DNA of 63,519 bases, taken from positions 1-63,519 of the forward strand of contig CALMRE010000159.1 of assembly GCA_937871295.1 (NCBI GenBank), given 5' to 3'. Every line of letters starts with the position of its first letter. Positions within the stretch are counted from its first letter, which is position 1. The notes beneath the pieces are model-generated. The model saw nothing but the letters and a program-made list of their open reading frames with translations. It ran no database searches and was not told the DNA's origin. Positions 36,283 through 43,553 of this stretch are shown here, piece after piece. The position numbers and the translations under genes were made by a program. This stretch comes from an uncultured bacterium. Its GTDB lineage: Bacteria; UBP6; UBA1177; JAKLFG01.

Positions 36283-38604
36283 ATGATTTTCCGGCTTGTC
36301 GCTTCGTGCGTTTTCGCACTTCTCCTTTCTGTTTCGCTCCACGCCGGCGACTCCTTCGTCTCGCTTGAAGGCTACCCCATGGCAACGCCGCTGTTCCCGA
36401 ACTACATCCTGTTCGAGCAGACCCTCGCCGTGCAGAACGGCCGCATCGGGATGGTGCTCTACCCCGCCCCCGGCGATCCGGCGCTCATTACCCGCGACGA
36501 CAGCGAACTGTCGCTCTTCGCCGCCTGCGACAGCGCCGCGCTCGACCACATCGAGATCGGCAAGGAGACGGCCGAAGGCTTCGTACCGTTCCTGTCGCTC
36601 ACCCATAAGTCGTTCCTCCCGGCGGGCAACGGCGTGACCCGATTCTTTTTCGACCTCCCCTACCAACTGCCGCACGGCGTCTACACCCTGCGCGCCGTCA
36701 TCAACGGACTCCCGGTGACCGTTCCCAACGGCGTCGGCTTCATCGCCGAGAAGCGGATCGCTTTTACTCTCTGGGCCGATCCGCAGATAGAGGATCTGCA
36801 GTCGAAGAAGGACATCAATCTCAACTGGAACGATCACTCCTACCCCGGCTTTTCCGACGATCTGCTCGACTACTCGCGTCAGCAGGGGATCATCGCCATC
36901 GCCATCGCGCAGATGAGCGCGATGGACACCGACTTCATCGCCTGTCTGGGCGATCTGGTGTTCGGCATCAACCATCAGCGCGAATACGAGGATATCGTCC
37001 AGTTCCTCGCAAAGGCCGAGATACCCTTCTTCGGCGTGCCGGGCAACCACGACGGCTACGCGAAGTTCGAGAACGAGAACGACTTCACCACGCCGCTGGA
37101 ACGCGACGGACTCAACTACTGGCGCGCCTTCATCGGACCCACCTACTCATCGTTCAAGATATTCGGCAAGACGCTTATGATGCTCAACACCTACGACGGC
37201 ACCGCCGAACGCCGCGCATCGGGCGATCCGATCGGCATCGGCGACAACGGCGCCGCGCCGGTCAGCAACTACGGCGGCTTCCTCTCCGACCCGCAGCTCC
37301 TCTGGGCGACCGAATCGTTCGCCGTGGGCGAAGTGGCGATGATGTTCTCGCACCAGCTGCCCATCGGCATGGTCGAGAGCGGTTTCGAGTTCACCCCGAT
37401 GGAGAAATATCCGGCCAACCGCATCATCGGCGCCTTCGTCGACGAGGAATGGAACATCGAGACGACCGCCTACGACAGTAACATGCTCGACACGATCTTC
37501 GCCGAGAGCGGCACCTACAACACCGGCACGCGGCTGTTGGGCGCGATGCTCCCCGAATTCCCGCGGCCGCCGATCTACTTCGCGGGCCATGCCCACCGCG
37601 ACCGCTACTACCATTTCGAAGCGGGCAGTGAAGTGATCCCCGGCACCGGACTCTTCGCGCCGCAGGAGATCGTCTTCACCCAGACCAAGAGCGCCGCCAG
37701 TTCGGGAGAAGCTTACTGGGGCATCCGGCCCATCTATCACGATATCGAGACCGCGACCACCTCCTTCAGCTATCTCTGCGCCGACGACGCCGACTGCAAC
37801 CCCGACAAAGAGGGCGAGAAGGCGGGGTTCCCCTCGATGCCGCTCGGCAATTTCTGGGTGAACTACACCGCGAGCGAAACGACATCGCTCTACATCGGCG
37901 GCAACGGCGTGTCGGTCACGGCGCAGGCCGAGATCGTCAACTTCCTGCCGACGGCGCAGACGGCGCGGCTCCGCTTCGTGATGCCGGCAAAGGAACTCGG
38001 GTATCTCTTCGACTCGGCCGAGCCGGTCATCGACGACGCCATGCTCTCGGCCGACCGCAAGACGATGCTCATCACTGCAAAGGGCGAAGTGGCCGCCGGT
38101 TCGACCGTCGAAGGGTTCCTCCAGCGGCAGTTCATCAGGAACAGCGTCACCGCCTCGCTTGCCCCAGACACCGTGGCGGCACCCGTTCCGGAGGTCGAAT
38201 ACGAGGAATGGATACCGGGTAATTCTCCGCTGGAGTTCACCGTCACCAACGCGGACGACTATTTCCACCTCATCTGGCACCGCGACGGGAAACCGGTCCG
38301 CGATGGTGCCGAGTTCAAGGAGAAGTTCAACCCCTACCATCCGAAAGAGGCCATCGAGCTGCTCTACATCGCCAAGAACGGCGCTTTCGGCATCAAGCAG
38401 TTCTCGGTCGATGTGGAAGAGGAAGAGACCGACGATGATGCGCTGTTGTCCGACGATGAGGAGATAAAGGACGAAAGCGACATAAAGGACGAAGAAGCGA
38501 TATCGGACGACGACCCCATCACGACTCACGACTCACTTCTCACGGATACCGACCCGATCATCAAAAAAGACAATACCGGCTGCGGGTGTACGCTCCTGTT
38601 TTAG
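36283..38604 (+). CDS. Secreted calcineurin-like metallophosphoesterase with acidic tether and short CxC tail
   Basis: Signal peptide MIFRLVASCVFALLLSVSLHA. Motifs CLGDLVFG, GVPGNHDGY and FAGHAHRD. D/E-rich tether. Ends NTGCGCTLLF. Confidence 0.8.
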   Translation: MIFRLVASCVFALLLSVSLHAGDSFVSLEGYPMATPLFPNYILFEQTLAVQNGRIGMVLYPAPGDPALITRDDSELSLFAACDSAALDHIEIGKETAEGFVPFLSLTHKSFLPAGNGVTRFFFDLPYQLPHGVYTLRAVINGLPVTVPNGVGFIAEKRIAFTLWADPQIEDLQSKKDINLNWNDHSYPGFSDDLLDYSRQQGIIAIAIAQMSAMDTDFIACLGDLVFGINHQREYEDIVQFLAKAEIPFFGVPGNHDGYAKFENENDFTTPLERDGLNYWRAFIGPTYSSFKIFGKTLMMLNTYDGTAERRASGDPIGIGDNGAAPVSNYGGFLSDPQLLWATESFAVGEVAMMFSHQLPIGMVESGFEFTPMEKYPANRIIGAFVDEEWNIETTAYDSNMLDTIFAESGTYNTGTRLLGAMLPEFPRPPIYFAGHAHRDRYYHFEAGSEVIPGTGLFAPQEIVFTQTKSAASSGEAYWGIRPIYHDIETATTSFSYLCADDADCNPDKEGEKAGFPSMPLGNFWVNYTASETTSLYIGGNGVSVTAQAEIVNFLPTAQTARLRFVMPAKELGYLFDSAEPVIDDAMLSADRKTMLITAKGEVAAGSTVEGFLQRQFIRNSVTASLAPDTVAAPVPEVEYEEWIPGNSPLEFTVTNADDYFHLIWHRDGKPVRDGAEFKEKFNPYHPKEAIELLYIAKNGAFGIKQFSVDVEEEETDDDALLSDDEEIKDESDIKDEEAISDDDPITTHDSLLTDTDPIIKKDNTGCGCTLLF
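38578..38604 (+). other. Short CxC C-terminal tail (GCGCTLLF-stop)
   Basis: ggc tgc ggg tgt acg ctc ctg ttt tag. Confidence 0.6.
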
Positions 38605-38667
38605 TGCTTTTTGATTTTTCCGCGTTATACTCCTTCCGTTCACCGTTCAATTAATAGGGAGGAAACC

Positions 38668-38946
38668 ATGAAACGCATCCTTTCGGCGATCATCGTGCTG
38701 TGCGCCTTCACCGCCTTCGCGGGCGACTACGGCAAATGCAGTTTCGACTCGAATTGCCACCCCGGCGTCAAGTGTAACTCGGGCGCCTGCGCCGACTCGG
38801 CCGGCTCCAAGTGCAGTTTCGACTCCGACTGCGGCGGCAAGGGGGCCAAGTGCAACAGCGGCAAATGCTCCAACGCCCCCGACGGCAAATGCAGTTTCGA
38901 CAGCGAATGCCCCGGGAAGAAATGCAGTTCGGGCAAGTGCAAGTAG
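38668..38946 (+). CDS. Small secreted protein made of three 4-Cys repeats
   Basis: SD AGGGAGGA, ATG 38668. Signal peptide MKRILSAIIVLCAFTAFA. Three copies of KCSFDS(N/D/E)C..G.KC(N/S)SG(A/K)C. Confidence 0.7.
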   Translation: MKRILSAIIVLCAFTAFAGDYGKCSFDSNCHPGVKCNSGACADSAGSKCSFDSDCGGKGAKCNSGKCSNAPDGKCSFDSECPGKKCSSGKCK

Positions 38947-38947
38947 C

Positions 38948-39787
38948 GTGCCGATGCTCCGCTTTTCCATCGTCATACCGTCGCTGAACCAAGGGCGATT
39001 CATCGGCGACGCCCTCCGTTCCATCGCGGGACAGAACCACCCGGCCGTCGAGGTCATCATCCGTGACGGCGGCTCCACCGATGATACGGCCACCGTCGTG
39101 CAGGGTTTCGGCCCGCTGGTCACCAAGTTCGTATCGGAGCGCGACGGCGGCCAGTCCGACGCGCTCAACAAAGGTTTCGCGCAGGCGACCGGCGACATCT
39201 TCGGCTGGATGAACGCCGACGATCATTACCTGCCGGGTGCTTTCGCCGAGGCGGCGCGCATCTTCGCAGCGAACCCCGATATCACGGTAGTCTACGGCAA
39301 CTGGGTGACGATAGATGAAGCGGGTCACCCGATCCGGTCGCACCACGCATTAAAGGCGCGCACGCCCCATTTTTCCTACGAGAATTTCGACGCCTACAAT
39401 CAGGCGATGTTCTGGCGGCGTGAAGCACACGAACGGTTCGGCCGGTTCGATGAAAAACTCCACCGGCTGATGGACAACGACCTCATCCTCGCACTGCTGC
39501 TCAACGAGCGACCGGCGCGCTTCCGGCGCACCGACGCCTTCCTCGGCGCGTTCCGCGTCCACGAGGCGCAGAAGACGCCCGATGAACGGTTCGACGCGAA
39601 ACAATTCGAGGAACAGGCATACCTTGACAAAAAGTATGGTTTCGCGACGGCCGATTCCCTGCGCGGGAAGTGCTACCGCCTCCGCTATCGTTGGCATCAA
39701 CTCGCCGATTCGCTCGCCGCGGGCGGCCTCAGGTATACCCTCGACAAGGCGCGCACCGGGCTTCGCAAACGGGGCGGCGTGTTGTAA
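38948..39787 (+). CDS. Family 2 glycosyltransferase
   Basis: FSIVIPSLNQGRFI..AL.S...Q..P.VEVIIRDGGSTD, QSDALNKG, WMNADD. Start is GTG 38948 or ATG 38954, 1 nt after the upstream stop. Confidence 0.8.
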   Translation: MPMLRFSIVIPSLNQGRFIGDALRSIAGQNHPAVEVIIRDGGSTDDTATVVQGFGPLVTKFVSERDGGQSDALNKGFAQATGDIFGWMNADDHYLPGAFAEAARIFAANPDITVVYGNWVTIDEAGHPIRSHHALKARTPHFSYENFDAYNQAMFWRREAHERFGRFDEKLHRLMDNDLILALLLNERPARFRRTDAFLGAFRVHEAQKTPDERFDAKQFEEQAYLDKKYGFATADSLRGKCYRLRYRWHQLADSLAAGGLRYTLDKARTGLRKRGGVL

Positions 39788-39832
39788 CCCATCCCCCTTA
39801 AATATGTTCTGAGAAAATAATAGGGCTGGATA

Positions 39833-40795
39833 TTAATAAACTTTTATATCAAAGTCTTTCAGTTTTCTTGGAAGATGATCGTCCAAATTTGAAACCTCAT
39901 GATCATTCAATTCTATCAATGGAACTCCATACTTCTTGTAAATCTCTATTTTTTTCTTTTTTCGTTCTTCATATTTCTTGTCATTTTCAATACCCCAGTA
40001 TTCAATAAATACTTTTCCCGCAGGAAGATAAAAATCTGATATCATATCATCTGGAATATTGGGAACTTTTCTCTCATACGCATGTACGATTCCTGAATCA
40101 TATAAGTAGTTATCAATAATGACCTCTGCTTTTGAGCGGACATAGTGCCCATCTTTTGTTCGGTGCATCGTGGGATAAAGCTTTCTAACATCATCAGATC
40201 CTTGATTGGTATTGACAAGCTGTTGAGGCGGGGGAAGCTCCTTGCTTTTTTCCTCATGAGTATCGTGGAACGCCTCTATGATGTTCTTGTTTTGTAAAAT
40301 ACTTTGGGGCCACATGACATAAGCCGTACCTTTTTTATCGTGCTCATAATTTCTTCCTCCAACACTAACGCCAAATTTGGTTACCTTCCAACCATTTGGT
40401 CTTTGCCCAACAAAAACTCTTTCAATCAACCCAATCTCCGACAAAATGAGATTAAGCCGTTCTGCTGAGACTCCGAAGTGTTCCCCAATTTTAGTTGAGT
40501 TAATAAGTTTTGCGCCCTCTTCCGCACTTTCCTTTGTTTTTTTCTGCACGATTTCTTTGATTTCTTCTTTTTCCCTCGGTTTTTCCGAATCAAACTTTAT
40601 GTCCTCTGGCCACACTATAAAATCACCATACTGAGAACTTGTTCTTACTTGTCCACCTTTTTGTTTGCCAAGTTCGGTCAGAACCAACTTGTCATTCTTA
40701 TTCTCAATCCAGCCCAGTGTTTTAAGCCGACCTATAAGGTCATTGTTCGACAGATCCAACTTTTTCGCGAGTTTCGCTGTTGAAATAAGATCCAT
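39833..40795 (-). CDS. Two wHTH-like repeats + C-terminal PD-(D/E)xK-like nuclease-fold domain protein
   Basis: Internal repeat (ISTAKLAKKLDLS...LGWIE...LVLTELG..GG ; INSTKIGEHFGVS...IGLIE...WKVTKFG..GG). C-terminus RSKAEVIIDNYLYDSGIVHAYERKV...SDFYLPAGKVFIEYWG...Y..R...K..IY...G..LIEL. Confidence 0.45.
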   Translation of the reverse strand: MDLISTAKLAKKLDLSNNDLIGRLKTLGWIENKNDKLVLTELGKQKGGQVRTSSQYGDFIVWPEDIKFDSEKPREKEEIKEIVQKKTKESAEEGAKLINSTKIGEHFGVSAERLNLILSEIGLIERVFVGQRPNGWKVTKFGVSVGGRNYEHDKKGTAYVMWPQSILQNKNIIEAFHDTHEEKSKELPPPQQLVNTNQGSDDVRKLYPTMHRTKDGHYVRSKAEVIIDNYLYDSGIVHAYERKVPNIPDDMISDFYLPAGKVFIEYWGIENDKKYEERKKKKIEIYKKYGVPLIELNDHEVSNLDDHLPRKLKDFDIKVY

Positions 40796-40881
40796 GAGTT
40801 TTCCTCCTGTTGAAAATTATTTCCTCAAATCATCAGGAGAATAAATTATCGGCTTGAGGAAAGCAAGAAATACGAAGGTTG

Positions 40882-40897
40882 CTATTTCTTGACCGGC
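40882..40897. repeat. 16-nt direct repeat copy 1 (CTATTTCTTGACCGGC)
   Basis: 15/16 identical to 42587-42602. Supplies the stop and last four codons (PVKK) of the 40882-41334 ORF. GC-rich patch in AT-rich surroundings. Confidence 0.7.
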
Positions 40898-41334
40898 GCA
40901 AATAGTTTTTCCCTTTTCATAAAAACGACAGGAGAGCCGTATATACCACCGGACATAGAATCAAGGGTATGCGACACATCCCATTCTTCGCCCAGTTTAC
41001 TTGTCCAAAGATTAGGACCGATCTGTCTTGCCGCATGAGTCGGTATGCCTTCTTTTTCGCGCTTTTCAAAAATAGCCACTTTCTCAAAGCCTTCTTCATA
41101 AGAGCCATTCAAACAGAGCTCATATCCATAAAGACGGTAGAATGAAATAAACGCCTCCAGCGTTTCCTCTCTTTTTATTGTGGCAGGCCAAAACATGTAG
41201 GGACCTGGCCAACACCAACGATTATCAATCTGTGCCGCCCATGCAATACAATTGTAGAGCGGTGTTTGCGGGCTGGTTATTTTGAACGGCTTCTCTTTAG
41301 ATAAGGGAAACTCATTCGGGGATATCTTTGTCAT
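40882..41334 (-). CDS. Putative Cys/His (papain- or NlpC/P60-like) hydrolase-fold protein
   Basis: ATG 41334 (the ORF-track start 41364 is TTG). PLYNCIAWAA (candidate nucleophile Cys) and IPTHAARQ (candidate His) about 75 aa apart. No secretion signal. Confidence 0.4.
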   Translation of the reverse strand: MTKISPNEFPLSKEKPFKITSPQTPLYNCIAWAAQIDNRWCWPGPYMFWPATIKREETLEAFISFYRLYGYELCLNGSYEEGFEKVAIFEKREKEGIPTHAARQIGPNLWTSKLGEEWDVSHTLDSMSGGIYGSPVVFMKREKLFAPVKK

Positions 41335-41761
41335 ACAGGACCTTGTTGCGATTCCACCACTCAAGCCAATCCGCCGTCATAGCTAAAAGATCACCAGCAT
41401 GTTCGTCAGATATGGGATTTTCATGAGTAATACAAAAAAGAGCATAAAACCAATGATCCGGCCTCGTCTCTAACTCATGTATCAGAACGGGCACAACCTC
41501 TTTACCTAGTGCAATGATCTTTTGATAGTGCAGATTCTCAAATCTGTCCGACAGCGATGACGAAAATCGCGTTTGCTCCTTAAGTTTCTTACGATACTCT
41601 TCAAAAGCAAATTTTACTCGAGAACGCGTAATCTCTTTCGATGTTACGGTTCCGTGGAACTCATCGCGCGCTTTCTTGTCGAAATCCCACCAGCCACCGG
41701 TAATGGTAGATATCGCCGATGATTGAGAGCCAGAGGTCAATTCAAATTGGCAGGTACTCAT
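41312..41761 (-). CDS. Hypothetical 149-aa helical protein
   Basis: ATGA overlap with the upstream gene and 23-nt overlap with the downstream gene. KIIALGKEVVPVLIHELE..PDHWFYALFCITHENP....AGDLLAMTADWLEWW suggests a helical repeat. Confidence 0.5.
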   Translation of the reverse strand: MSTCQFELTSGSQSSAISTITGGWWDFDKKARDEFHGTVTSKEITRSRVKFAFEEYRKKLKEQTRFSSSLSDRFENLHYQKIIALGKEVVPVLIHELETRPDHWFYALFCITHENPISDEHAGDLLAMTADWLEWWNRNKVLYDKDIPE

Positions 41762-42501
41762 CTGAATAGCCTCCGCGTATTATCGGTAATACACGACTCG
41801 AAGACCTTGTTTTTGATCTCTCTTAACTGCGCAAAACACTTTATCATGTCCTCGGTAGCGCAAGAGGGACCATCTATAAAGGTATCAATATCTAATATAA
41901 ACACAGGGGTTCCATCCTGTTTCGGGCCAACCGTTTCCGTAATGACCGCATCAATGTTCTTTTCCTTATCAACTTGAACATGGGTCTGTAGAAAAAACCC
42001 CTTAAATATCTGTGGGAGCGAAGGCGGAATAGGAGGCATATTCGAAATATAGTCCTGAAACTTAAACCCGGGATCATCAAAGGGCAATGCAATCTCGTTC
42101 ACATATCTGATCGCCATTCTGTTTATTGTTCCGTGCCCCACATGTTTTCTGAAGAAAGACCAACCTTCCATTGCTTTTTGAAAGAAATCATTCCAGTGCG
42201 TGTATGGGGCAAGCATGTTGAACGAAAAACCATCTTCCCTAAGCTGAACCAGCATCTTTTTGTTTGCCGACCAGAAAAAATAGCCACTAACACGACTCGT
42301 TGATTCTGATGTTTTCTCTCCCTTTTCATTAATGCTGATTCTTTCCTCAAATTTTCTCTGCGTTTTTTTATCCGGATACAAAACCGAAAAATCCGTTGAG
42401 AGCCTTTCGGCTTTTTCTTCAACCTCAACTTCGGTCAACAGCGGTAATATTCTTATGTCTAGTATCGCTTCTCTTGCCGGTGCATTTTTATAGGTTTCCA
42501 T
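41758..42501 (-). CDS. TIGR04255-family uncharacterised protein
   Basis: YKNAPAREAILDIR N-terminus, INRMAIRYVNEI core, VFILDIDTF, and C-terminal L.....KVFESCIT. Matches my recollection of the TIGR04255 pattern. 247 aa. Confidence 0.6.
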   Translation of the reverse strand: METYKNAPAREAILDIRILPLLTEVEVEEKAERLSTDFSVLYPDKKTQRKFEERISINEKGEKTSESTSRVSGYFFWSANKKMLVQLREDGFSFNMLAPYTHWNDFFQKAMEGWSFFRKHVGHGTINRMAIRYVNEIALPFDDPGFKFQDYISNMPPIPPSLPQIFKGFFLQTHVQVDKEKNIDAVITETVGPKQDGTPVFILDIDTFIDGPSCATEDMIKCFAQLREIKNKVFESCITDNTRRLFR

Positions 42502-42524
42502 GGTCGCCCCCTAAAAAACAATTG

Positions 42525-42553
42525 ACGATACTTTATCTCGGACAGGAATTCAA
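42525..42553 (-). promoter_or_regulatory. sigma70-like promoter of the island three-gene module
   Basis: On the minus strand: TTGAAT (42553-48), 17 nt, TATCGT (42530-25). SD AGGGGG precedes ATG 42501. Confidence 0.4.
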
Positions 42554-42586
42554 TTTTTTCAGCGGTAGCTTTCTGACTGACTGTAT

Positions 42587-42602
42587 CTACTTCTTGACCG
42601 GC
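42587..42602. repeat. 16-nt direct repeat copy 2 (CTACTTCTTGACCGGC)
   Basis: Stop and last four codons (PVKK) of the DUF4340 gene, at the right boundary of the low-GC island. Confidence 0.7.
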
Positions 42603-43552
42603 TTGCCCATCGGCATCGAAGCGGGCTTGCCGGGCATGAGATCGGGCTTGGCGAGTTTGTTGTAGTAGTATTCCGAAAGCCCGAAGACGCCGCCATCCTT
42701 CCGGATGAGATAGTCGGGCTTCTCCTTGAGTTTCAGCCCCGGCAGTTCGAACGAGGCGCTCTCGCCGTTCTTGAACGAAACGGTGACCTTTCCCTTCGCC
42801 AATGATTCCTTTTTCTTGTCCTTCTCTATCTCGGCGACCGTTTCGGGCGGGGTGTCGATGAAGGAACTCACCCGCAGGCCGCCGACGGCGGTGAGGAGCG
42901 ACTTCGCCTTCTGCGGATCGGCGCCGTCGATGCCGGTGACCAGTGCCTCGCCCTTATCGTCAAGCGTCACCGCGACCTCGGGCTGACCGACAAGCGTGAT
43001 CTTCACCGATGTCACATCGGCCGGTTCCTGACCGGGAAAGAGCTTCCGCTCGCGCCATTCGCCGTCGTAGCGGGCGAAGGTGAAGCGGTCATTGCTGGGC
43101 GACAGATATATTTCGTTGTCGAACTTGAGGGGAAGCCGCGCGCCGGCCGGCTGGCCCATGACGATGGTCTTTCCCAGCACCGTCACCTCGATCGCCTTGT
43201 CGAAGCCGTACTTCTTCTTCGACTCCTCGGTGAAGGGACCCACCTTGTGGCCGAAGCGCAGTTTCGGCAACGCCTCGACCGCCTTATCGACCAGCGTCTT
43301 GTCGGCCGGGAAATTATCCTTATCCTTCACCACCCACTTGTCGCCCATCTTGGCGAGCGTCACAGAGGTGTTCTTTTCGGTGTCGGCGATCTTGAGTTCG
43401 GCTATCTGATCTTTGGTCAGTCCGGGGAAAAGCGACTTGTTCTCCAGTTCGATGTTCTTCTTCACCGTCTGATCATCGAGGTAGCCTTTCAGCATAAACC
43501 CGCCGACCAAGAGCGCCAGTACGCAGAACAGTATGATATTGCGCTTGCTCAT
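42587..43552 (-). CDS. DUF4340-like protein (accessory component of the GldG-type ABC system)
   Basis: N-terminal TM anchor, 321 aa. Position directly after the GldG-like gene, as in the common ATPase / ABC-2 permease / GldG / DUF4340 operons. Confidence 0.6.
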   Translation of the reverse strand: MSKRNIILFCVLALLVGGFMLKGYLDDQTVKKNIELENKSLFPGLTKDQIAELKIADTEKNTSVTLAKMGDKWVVKDKDNFPADKTLVDKAVEALPKLRFGHKVGPFTEESKKKYGFDKAIEVTVLGKTIVMGQPAGARLPLKFDNEIYLSPSNDRFTFARYDGEWRERKLFPGQEPADVTSVKITLVGQPEVAVTLDDKGEALVTGIDGADPQKAKSLLTAVGGLRVSSFIDTPPETVAEIEKDKKKESLAKGKVTVSFKNGESASFELPGLKLKEKPDYLIRKDGGVFGLSEYYYNKLAKPDLMPGKPASMPMGKPVKK

Positions 43553-43553
43553 A

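Larger units (their letters stand above)
39788..42586. other. Low-GC genomic island (4 genes, no recognisable mobility gene)
   Basis: Hand counts of single 60-nt lines inside: 32% (39841), 42% (41101), 43% (42241), 57% (41641). Flanks: 72% (39721) and 63% (42601). Boundaries coincide with the stop codons of the flanking host genes. Confidence 0.75.

Noticed and set aside
36190-38667. Possible stop-codon read-through or frameshift that would restore a TM helix after the short CxC tails.
   Set aside because: In-frame continuation after 36192 gives TARSLLTLRSIFLAFPAAIVMLS with no basic cluster. Continuation after 38604 gives only a ~10-aa hydrophobic stretch. Neither restores a convincing MYXO-CTERM tail, so I treat the stops as real, pending resequencing.
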